Origin: Acidobacteriota bacterium
GTDB lineage: Bacteria > Acidobacteriota > Terriglobia > Acidiferrales > UBA7541
NCBI GenBank assembly: GCA_003165465.1
Contig: PLUM01000099.1
Span: 25,022 to 89,021 of the forward strand
Direction: 5' to 3'
Length of the DNA: 64,000 nucleotides
This document shows positions 1 to 7,224 of the stretch, one piece after another. Made by a program: the position numbers and the translations under genes. The notes under the pieces were generated by a model. That model searched no databases. It was given only the letters and a program-made list of their open reading frames with translations, and was not told the DNA's origin. Numbering within the stretch: the stretch's first letter is position 1; the number at the start of each line of letters is the position of its first letter.

Positions 1-1
1 C

Positions 2-679
2 GTGGCATTCGCTTCGGTGGCGTTGCAGTTTCCCGAGTTGGCCGCCCGTCAGCTCGAGGTCGGCATGAAGAAATATGGATTGCGCGGCGTGGCGATTGGC
101 GGAAGCTGCAAGGGCAAAGAGCTGTCGTCGCCGGAGTTCGATCCCTTTTGGGCCAAGGCCGAGGAGTTGCAGTCGTTGATCTTCCTGCATCCTCAGGATA
201 GCACCATCGCCACGGGCATTCGAAACCGCGTGCTGGGGAATGGCGTCCTGAACAACGTGATCGGCAATCCGCTGGAAACCACGATTTGCCTTTCCCACCT
301 GATCATGGAAGGAACATTCGACAAGTTCCCGAATTTGAAAATCTGCGCCGCGCATGGCGGCGGTTTTCTTCCCAGCTACGACGGCCGTCTGGATCAGGGC
401 TGCCGCGTGTTTCCGGCGGAGTGCACGAAAAAATTACAGAAACAGCCTTCGGAATACCTGAAACAGATTTATGTCGATACGATCGTTTTCAATCCGGAAG
501 CCCTGCGCCACTTGATCGCCGTGGTGGGCGCGGGCCAAATCGGTTTGGGGACCGACTATCCGTTCCCGTGGGCCTACACGCCGGTGGACGACGTGTTGAC
601 ACAGCCCGGGCTGAGCGACGCCGAGCGCATCGCCATCCTCGGCGGCACCATGTGCAAGCTGCTGAAGATTCCCGCGTAG
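2..679 (+). CDS. amidohydrolase_2 (ACMSD-like metal-dependent hydrolase/decarboxylase) family protein, 5' end cut by window edge
   Basis: ORF is open to position 2. It covers the C-terminal half of the TIM-barrel amidohydrolase fold (AAHGGGFLP, GTDYPFP, tail GGTMCKLLKI). The tail resembles the paralogs at 50142-51284 and 62857-63825. Confidence 0.8.
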   Translation: MAFASVALQFPELAARQLEVGMKKYGLRGVAIGGSCKGKELSSPEFDPFWAKAEELQSLIFLHPQDSTIATGIRNRVLGNGVLNNVIGNPLETTICLSHLIMEGTFDKFPNLKICAAHGGGFLPSYDGRLDQGCRVFPAECTKKLQKQPSEYLKQIYVDTIVFNPEALRHLIAVVGAGQIGLGTDYPFPWAYTPVDDVLTQPGLSDAERIAILGGTMCKLLKIPA

Positions 680-732
680 CCGTTACGCCGGTTCTCTCTT
701 TTCGAAAGCTCTGATTTGCAACCGGGGGAAAC

Positions 733-1524
733 ATGGGCTCATTGCGGACTTTGCAGAAAAACTGGGAGATACTGGCACAGGAAGATCCTCTGTGGGCCAT
801 CTGTAGCGATCCCCAAAAACGCCATAGCCAATGGAACGAGGCCGAATTCTTCGCTACCGGCCAGCAGGAAGTCGAAAAAGTTCTTGCGCATGTCCGCTCT
901 CTCGGCCTTTCTCCCGATGCCTCGCTTCCCGCTCTCGATTTCGGGTGCGGCGTCGGCCGCCTCACTCGCGCCCTCGGCGCCCATTTTTCGGAATCGTGGG
1001 GAGTGGACATTTCTCCCACCATGATTGAACGCGCCAGGGAATTTCATCGTGATTATCCCCGCTGCCGCTTCCTGGTCAATCCCACGACCCGCCTCAATCA
1101 ACTCGCCGATTCCTATTTCGGCTTCGTCTATACCAGCATCGTCCTCCAGCACATTCCCCCCCAGCACGCCCGCAAGTATCTCGCCGAACTCCTGCGCGTC
1201 TTGCGCCCTGGCGGCATTCTCGTCTTCCAGGCCGTGGACCGCTACAAAGCTGGTCTGCTCATGCGCCTCCGCAGCCGCCTGGCTCTTCGCAGCCGCATCC
1301 AGTTGCTCCTGGGCATGGCCATTCCCTCCGAGCGCCGCGTGCGCATGCATTGTCTCCCCGAAAAAATTGTCCGTCGCGTGGTCGCCGCCGGCCAGGCGTG
1401 CATCGTGGATATCCAACTGACCAATTCCGTCAAACCATCCTTCAACGGCCATCTCGCCTATCTCGATCAGGAACCCACCGAAAGTTATGTGAGCAGGCAA
1501 TACTGCGTCCGAAAAGCGGGATAG
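733..1524 (+). CDS. class I SAM-dependent methyltransferase
   Basis: Motif I LDFGCGVGRLT and post-I/II motifs (LRPGGILVF). GGGGGAAAC lies upstream of the ATG. Confidence 0.85.
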   Translation: MGSLRTLQKNWEILAQEDPLWAICSDPQKRHSQWNEAEFFATGQQEVEKVLAHVRSLGLSPDASLPALDFGCGVGRLTRALGAHFSESWGVDISPTMIERAREFHRDYPRCRFLVNPTTRLNQLADSYFGFVYTSIVLQHIPPQHARKYLAELLRVLRPGGILVFQAVDRYKAGLLMRLRSRLALRSRIQLLLGMAIPSERRVRMHCLPEKIVRRVVAAGQACIVDIQLTNSVKPSFNGHLAYLDQEPTESYVSRQYCVRKAG

Positions 1525-1670
1525 CCCGCTATTGCCGGGCCTGCCGCGCTACACGCTTCTTCCTTCAGGCGGGCCTGCAAAAGTCGTGCAGCCGTCTTGC
1601 GATGCTTCCTTGACACTTCTTCGCGCGGGACAGTAAACTTTATTTCCGAATTGTTCAGGAGACGGACTGG

Positions 1671-1952
1671 ATGCTGATCGCGCGCGACTATGTTGGGTAC
1701 ATGGCTGGAGAAGTGGTAAAGCGCCTGCTCGCGGACAAGATGATCGAGGCTCCGTCCGGGCCCGACCTGGCGCAGCGTGTGCGCGCCGCGATGCAGGACG
1801 AGATCGGCGTGGAAGACCGGCTGAACGAGGAAGTCCGCGAAATTCTCACGAAACATGCCGACGAGATGCGCCGGACCGGCGTGCAGTATCAGGAGATGTA
1901 CAAGAAGGTGAAGGGCGAACTGGCCCGGCAAAGAAAGCTGATCCTGCGTTGA
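1671..1952 (+). CDS. DUF507 family protein (small charged helical protein)
   Basis: 93-aa ORF with AGGAGA SD. The sequence style (KRLLADKMIE...EEVREIL...YQEMYKKVKGELARQ) matches DUF507 from memory. A second DUF507 gene is adjacent. Confidence 0.7.
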   Translation: MLIARDYVGYMAGEVVKRLLADKMIEAPSGPDLAQRVRAAMQDEIGVEDRLNEEVREILTKHADEMRRTGVQYQEMYKKVKGELARQRKLILR

Positions 1953-1985
1953 GGCACGACGAAAGGGAAGTTCGATAACCCACAG

Positions 1986-2282
1986 ATGCGACTCACCCGC
2001 GAAAAAACCATTCGCCTTTCCCATACGATTACCGATCTTTTAGTCGCGAGCGACGACGTGGAATTCGTCGAGGACCGCGACACCATCCGGCAAAAGGTCG
2101 TGCAGATTCTGCAAGACCTGTTGAAGGAAGAAGAAGCGATGGACGCGGAAGTCCGGAAGAAGATCAGCTCGCAGAAAAAGGAAATCCTGGAAGGCAGTGA
2201 AGAGTGGGACCTGCTCTTCCGCAAATATTACGCGGAAGAGATGCGCCGCATGGGAATCGTCCACCAACCCAGTTCCTCGTAG
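1986..2282 (+). CDS. DUF507 family protein (second copy of tandem pair)
   Basis: 98-aa ORF 33 nt downstream of the first. It has a similar charged helical pattern (IRQKVVQILQDLLKEEEAMDAEVRKKI). Confidence 0.7.
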   Translation: MRLTREKTIRLSHTITDLLVASDDVEFVEDRDTIRQKVVQILQDLLKEEEAMDAEVRKKISSQKKEILEGSEEWDLLFRKYYAEEMRRMGIVHQPSSS

Positions 2283-2288
2283 TTTTTA

Positions 2289-2367
2289 GTAGTGCGGGCT
2301 TCAGCCTGCGGGTTTTAATTTGTGCGCGAGCGAAAGTCAAAAGAACACAGGCTGAAGCCTGTGCTAC
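2289..2367. repeat. REPIN-like inverted REP doublet, family A
   Basis: GTAGTGCGGGCTTCAGCCTGCGGG ... GAAAGTCAAAAGAACACAGGCTGAAGCCTGTGCTAC. GTAG head and CTAC tail. Confidence 0.85.
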
Positions 2368-2390
2368 CGCAAGCCAATCCAAATTCAAAA

Positions 2391-3563
2391 TTAATTGGTG
2401 CCGTCGTCCGTGCGTTTCTTGAGTACGGGGCGGTCCGGATCGGAATCGTCGCCGGACTGCGGCTGCTGTTGCTGCGTGGAGGATTTGTCCGGCTGCTGTT
2501 CGGTGCGCGTGCGCAGCGTGGGCTTGTCGCCGCCGGATTTCTTGTCGTCCAGCTTATCCTTGTTTTCAATCCTGCGCAGTCGCGCCTTCACCAGATCGAA
2601 CTCCGAAGTCGTGACGACGTACTCATTGCGCGCCGGAAGAATCGTGGCGATTTCCTGCTGCGACTTTTGCACGCGGTCCGGAGTGGGCGGGTGCGTTGAA
2701 AAAATCTTGGGGATGCTGCCGGGGCGGCGGCGTTCCTCGGCTTCAATTTTCTCGAAGAAGCTTACGAAGGCGTTGGGGTCGTACCCGGTCTTGTACATAT
2801 ATTGCAGGCCGAGGTAGTCGGCTTCCGCTTCCGCGGTGCGTTCGAATTTCAGGTAGCTCATGGGGATGGCCAAGTTCAAGCCTTCGTAAAGGCCGTAGCC
2901 AGCCCAGCCTCCCGGGCCGAGCAAAATGAGCGGAATCGACGCCCATTCCAAGATCTGGCCCTTGGTGGCGTTCTTGGTGGCATGGCGGGCGGCGACGTGA
3001 GCGATTTCATGCCCCATCACAGCGGCCAGTTCCGCTTCCTCGTCGGCGCGCAGGATCAGGCCGCTATTCACATAGAAAAATCCGCCGGGGAGGGCGAACG
3101 CGTTGATTTCATCCGAGTCTATCACCTTGATCGTGAACGGCACTTTGGCGTCGGAATTCCGCACCAGGTTTTGCCCCACGCGATTCACGTATTCGGTGAC
3201 CACGGGATCGTTGATCATCTTGGCGGTCTTTTCAACTTCCATGGCGGCCTGCTTGCCGAGCGCGATCTCGCGCTGCAGGGAATACAGGTTCACGCCCTTG
3301 CCGACATTCCGGGTCCCAATGGAATTGATATCATTCTCCGAGCCGGTCTTGACGCCCTTCATCGTCTGATTCTCGTCCGAATCGGATGAATCGTCCTGCG
3401 CTTGGGGTTGCTGGCCTGGATCCGCAGTAGCCGGCTGCTGAGTTTGCGTTTGTGGCGGCTGTGTCGCTTGCGCCGGGGACTGTTGCCGCGCGGCAAAGCC
3501 GGCCGAAGCGGCCAGCAGCAATACAAACACTATTCCGAAGATTTCGGTGTAGAGGCGTCTCAT
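2391..3563 (-). CDS. M48 family metallopeptidase (Ste24/BepA-like), exported
   Basis: HEIAH zinc motif (MGHEIAHVAARH), N-terminal signal peptide, strong AGGAGGAG SD, and Q/P-rich low-complexity termini. Confidence 0.9.
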   Translation of the reverse strand: MRRLYTEIFGIVFVLLLAASAGFAARQQSPAQATQPPQTQTQQPATADPGQQPQAQDDSSDSDENQTMKGVKTGSENDINSIGTRNVGKGVNLYSLQREIALGKQAAMEVEKTAKMINDPVVTEYVNRVGQNLVRNSDAKVPFTIKVIDSDEINAFALPGGFFYVNSGLILRADEEAELAAVMGHEIAHVAARHATKNATKGQILEWASIPLILLGPGGWAGYGLYEGLNLAIPMSYLKFERTAEAEADYLGLQYMYKTGYDPNAFVSFFEKIEAEERRRPGSIPKIFSTHPPTPDRVQKSQQEIATILPARNEYVVTTSEFDLVKARLRRIENKDKLDDKKSGGDKPTLRTRTEQQPDKSSTQQQQPQSGDDSDPDRPVLKKRTDDGTN

Positions 3564-3733
3564 GGCTCCTCCTAAAGGGACCGGTACATACAGTATACAT
3601 TACCCATGGCGAGTGGAAGCATATTCTCAATGTGGTCGGATGTAATCCAGAGGAAATAGGTTTCCTTGCTGGCATGGAACGTGTGGGGCGGCAAGCAATT
3701 GACAGGCGACGGAATTCCCAATAACCTCGAAAT

Positions 3734-3952
3734 ATGCCAACAGTGGAACAGAATATACGGGTCGGCCAGATCTGGGTGAAGGTGGGAACAGAGGAAACGT
3801 ACCTCGTAACCAAGCTGTACACGGAGGTGCTGTCCACGGTTGCCATGCTACGGCCCACGGACGCCGCAACCGAGTCAATGATTCGGGTTCGGATTGAAAA
3901 GCGCGACGGCCAGGCATTCCTGCCCGGCTTCTCGATGGCCCAGGAAAGATAA
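3734..3952 (+). CDS. hypothetical small protein (72 aa)
   Basis: An ORF only. No clear SD and no recognised motif. It occupies an otherwise empty spacer between the M48 gene and a repeat. Confidence 0.3.
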   Translation: MPTVEQNIRVGQIWVKVGTEETYLVTKLYTEVLSTVAMLRPTDAATESMIRVRIEKRDGQAFLPGFSMAQER

Positions 3953-3966
3953 GGGTTTTAGAGTCT

Positions 3967-4095
3967 GTGTGGCAACTCAACTCCGAAAGAGCCAACGGCT
4001 AAAGCCGCATTGATTTTGCACACTTTACGGCACGGCTGAAGCCGTGCCCTACAAAGATTTGGCAGTTACCACATCGGCTCTTTAGCCGGTTTCGG
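3967..4095. repeat. composite palindromic element, family B
   Basis: GTGTGGCAACTC ... CGGCTAAAGCCG ... GGCACGGCTGAAGCCGTGCCCTACAAAGATTTGGCAGTTACCACA. The same module order is seen at 21801, 29224 and 34801. Confidence 0.8.
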
Positions 4096-4100
4096 TTCGC

Positions 4101-4820
4101 CTAGACCGAACGCACGGGCAGCGTGACAACGTCTTCCACCTGCATGATTTCCTTCACTAGAAACGGTTCGGCGTATTCCACTCCAGCCATATGGCCGTAG
4201 TAGCGCGCAATCAGGTTGACCTCGTGGTGCAAACGGTCCAGCGGAATATCCACTTTCGACTTTTTGTCCTTTGCCTTGGGGCTGAATTGCGAGTGGTAGG
4301 CGAGGATGGCTTGGTACCGCCGCTTGTAATGGCGCGAAATATCCACGACGAATGTGGGCCGGACTTCGCGGTAATAAACCGTGGAATACAATATCTTGAA
4401 CGGGCGAAACGCCTCGCCTTCGATCGGCAATTGTTTTAGTCCCGCGAGAAAGCAGCCTTCGTAGCCGAGTTGCGAGGCGTTGTAATGATCCGGATGCCGG
4501 CCATCCCAATAGGGAAGAATCACGGTGTGAGGCTTGAGCGCGCGAATCCGCCGGGCGACGGCCAGCTTTGTTTCCTTGGTGATTTCGATGTGGGCGTCGG
4601 GCAGGCGCAGGTTTTCGCGATGCGCGACGCGCAGGATGCGGGCGGCGGCGGCGGATTCCTTCAAGCGGGTTTCCGGCGTTCCCCGCGTGCCCATTTCACC
4701 GGCGGTCAAATCCAGAATGCCGGTTTTGTAGCCCTGTTCGGCGGCTTTCAGCAGAGTGCCGCCGCAAGTCAGCTCCACATCGTCCGGATGCGCCGCAATC
4801 GCCAGCAAGTCGAGTTTCAT
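4101..4820 (-). CDS. bshB1: PIG-L family N-acetylglucosaminide deacetylase, BshB1-like
   Basis: AHPDDVELTCGGT zinc motif, TAGEMGTRG, and C-terminal YG..AGVEYAEPF as in Bacillus BshB1 (from memory). The start is set at internal ATG 4820, preceded by GGGAGGAACG. The ORF-track start 4865 would overlap the upstream gene. Confidence 0.8.
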   Translation of the reverse strand: MKLDLLAIAAHPDDVELTCGGTLLKAAEQGYKTGILDLTAGEMGTRGTPETRLKESAAAARILRVAHRENLRLPDAHIEITKETKLAVARRIRALKPHTVILPYWDGRHPDHYNASQLGYEGCFLAGLKQLPIEGEAFRPFKILYSTVYYREVRPTFVVDISRHYKRRYQAILAYHSQFSPKAKDKKSKVDIPLDRLHHEVNLIARYYGHMAGVEYAEPFLVKEIMQVEDVVTLPVRSV

Positions 4821-4851
4821 CGTTCCTCCCAGGGTCTCGGTTGAATCCAGA

Positions 4852-5814
4852 TTATGATCCGACAATTTCCGGTGTGTCTTCCTCTATCTCTAGGCACGGG
4901 CTTGCAGTCTTCCTGGCTCGTGTCATGGTGATAACGACCACGCTGATCAGAATTAAGATCATCCCCAGGATCGTTCGCAGGCTAAGACTTTCGCCGCCCA
5001 CGAAATATCCCGCCAGCACGGCCACGACCGGATTCACGTACGCGTACGTCCCGACTTTGGTCGGCGATTCATGATGAATCAGCCACACGTATGCGGTAAA
5101 GCCGACGATCGAGCCGGCGACAATCAGGTAGAGCAAGGAAAACCACGCACCGCGAGAAACGGTCGACGGATGAAAATTTCGAAATTCGCCGAGCGCCGCT
5201 GCCTCAAGAGTCAACCACACTCCGCCGACGAGCATCTGCACGCCCGAGCTCATGGTTTTGGATGTTGGGAGCGGCAGCTTGCGCGTGAGGATGGACCCTA
5301 TCGACCAGTTGATCGAGGCGAAGATCAGCGCGGCGGCGCCCCATCGGTCGATCGGCGCCCCGCCCATGTTAAACGATCGGCTCATGAGCACGGCCACACC
5401 GGCGATTCCAACCAAGAGCGCCAGGGCCAGACGGGCCGTGAGCGCCTGCGTTTTCAGGAAGAGAATTTCGGACAGCGCCATAAACACAGGGATCGTGGCC
5501 ATCATCACCGCGGCAATGCCCGACGGCACGCGCTGCTCGGCCCAGAACAGCGGCCCATAGTCGAGGGCGAAGATCAGGATTGCGATCAAGGATGCCGACG
5601 CCCATTGGCGCAAGGTCGGCGAGCGCTCGCCGCGCGCGATCATCCAGCCGAATAAAACGCCTCCGGCAACCAGGAAACGAATGCCCGCCAGAAGAAATGG
5701 CGGAACTTCGCGCACGCCGATTCGAATGGCAAGAAACGTGGTTCCCCATACGAGATAGATAATTGCGTAGGCCAACAGGGTCTTCCATGTTGGGCGGTGA
5801 ATGTTGGCTTCCAT
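4852..5814 (-). CDS. EamA/DMT superfamily transporter
   Basis: About 10 predicted TM helices with two EamA-like halves. The start is set at ATG 5814 (AAGGAA SD). The ORF-track maximum is 5841. Confidence 0.85.
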   Translation of the reverse strand: MEANIHRPTWKTLLAYAIIYLVWGTTFLAIRIGVREVPPFLLAGIRFLVAGGVLFGWMIARGERSPTLRQWASASLIAILIFALDYGPLFWAEQRVPSGIAAVMMATIPVFMALSEILFLKTQALTARLALALLVGIAGVAVLMSRSFNMGGAPIDRWGAAALIFASINWSIGSILTRKLPLPTSKTMSSGVQMLVGGVWLTLEAAALGEFRNFHPSTVSRGAWFSLLYLIVAGSIVGFTAYVWLIHHESPTKVGTYAYVNPVVAVLAGYFVGGESLSLRTILGMILILISVVVITMTRARKTASPCLEIEEDTPEIVGS

Positions 5815-5945
5815 AATCGGTTCCTTACAACAATCTATCATTTTTCCACGCTGGATCGCTTGCAGTAGCGCAGGCGGAAGCCCGCGCTACTTGGCGGAGG
5901 GAAATGCGATAGGATGTTGCGGGGCAGATCAAGGAGAGGGACATC

Positions 5946-6683
5946 GTGTCGCAATCGTCTCTTACGGGGAAAGTGGCGCTCGTAACCGGCGCGGCCAGAC
6001 GCATTGGCCGCAGCGTGGCATTGCGCCTCGCGTCGGAAGGCGCGGATGTGGTGGTCAATTACCGCACATCGCAAAGGGAGGCGGATGAAGTTGTCGCGCA
6101 AATCGCGGCGATGGGCCGGCGCGCGGTGGCTGTACGGGCCGATGTCTCGAAGAAGGCGGAAGTGGCGGCCTTGTTCGCGGCGGTCGAAAGGGAATTCGGG
6201 CGGCTGGACATTCTGGTCAACAATGCGGGCACGTTCTTTCCCGCGAAATTCGAGGAGCTGACCGAAGAGCAGTGGGACAGCATTCTCGACACGAATCTGA
6301 AATCTCAATTTTTATGTTCGCAGGCGGCGGCGCCGATGTTGCGGCGCACGGGAGAGGGCCGGATCGTCAACTTCGCATCGCTGGGAGGCTTGCTCGCCTG
6401 GCCGGCCTACACGCATTACTGCGTGTCCAAGGCGGGAGTGATTATGCTGACGCGGTGCCTCGCGCGCGCCCTCGCTCCCGAAATTACGGTGAACGCGATT
6501 GCTCCCGGCACGATTTCATTTCCCGGCGATGCTCCGGAACTTGCCGAGGATTTCATTCGCCGCACGCCCATGAAGCAAACGGGCACGGCGCAGGACATTG
6601 ATTCCGCCGTCGTGTTTCTCGCCCAGTCCGCATTCATCACCGGACAAGTAATCGTCGTCGATGGCGGAAGGACTCTTACGTAG
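5946..6683 (+). CDS. SDR family oxidoreductase
   Basis: TGAARRIG cofactor motif, NNAG, and a YxxxK catalytic motif (YCVSK). GTG start with AAGGAGAGGG SD. Confidence 0.9.
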   Translation: MSQSSLTGKVALVTGAARRIGRSVALRLASEGADVVVNYRTSQREADEVVAQIAAMGRRAVAVRADVSKKAEVAALFAAVEREFGRLDILVNNAGTFFPAKFEELTEEQWDSILDTNLKSQFLCSQAAAPMLRRTGEGRIVNFASLGGLLAWPAYTHYCVSKAGVIMLTRCLARALAPEITVNAIAPGTISFPGDAPELAEDFIRRTPMKQTGTAQDIDSAVVFLAQSAFITGQVIVVDGGRTLT

Positions 6684-6758
6684 CGCGGGCTTCAGCCTGT
6701 GTGGTTTTTGATTGGGGGCAAGCTGAAAGTCAAAAGAACACAGGCTGAAGCCTGTGCT
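6680..6758. repeat. REPIN-like doublet, family A
   Basis: GTAGCGCGGGCTTCAGCCTGTGTGG ... GAAAGTCAAAAGAACACAGGCTGAAGCCTGTGCT. Fills the whole gap between the convergent SDR and NUDIX genes. Confidence 0.85.
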
Positions 6759-6759
6759 C

Positions 6760-7218
6760 CTAAAGCGATTTCAGTGGGATGGCATTGGACGCGAGCAGGG
6801 CGACGAATTCCTTGTCGGCGGGCAGGAAATTATATTTCGGCAGCGCCGAGGGATCGGCCCACTCGAACCCTTCAAACACCAGATTTTGCAGCGTGGCGGA
6901 ACGGTCGATGTGCGCCTGAAAGAAAATCAGTTCGAGCGCGGGACGCAATTCGCGGTAGCGATAATGCGTGCGGAAGAGTTCGTAGCCGATGGTGGATTCG
7001 ATGCCGAGTTCCTCGCGCAGTTCGCGCTCCAGTGCTTCCTGGGGAGTTTCACCGGGCTCGACTTTGCCGCCGGGGAATTCCCATTGCAGGCCGTGTGTAT
7101 CGTCGCGATGTCTCTGGCAAACCAGAATCCGGGCGTCGCGGACGATCAGCCCCGCAACAACCATCAGTTCGGTCTTCCCCGATTGTTCCGGCCCGGATTG
7201 TGATGAGGCGGTGCCCAT
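6760..7218 (-). CDS. NUDIX hydrolase (MutT-like)
   Basis: Nudix box GGKVEPGETPQEALERELREELGI. Starts 6 nt after the aceE stop on the same strand. Confidence 0.85.
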   Translation of the reverse strand: MGTASSQSGPEQSGKTELMVVAGLIVRDARILVCQRHRDDTHGLQWEFPGGKVEPGETPQEALERELREELGIESTIGYELFRTHYRYRELRPALELIFFQAHIDRSATLQNLVFEGFEWADPSALPKYNFLPADKEFVALLASNAIPLKSL

Positions 7219-7224
7219 ATTTAT

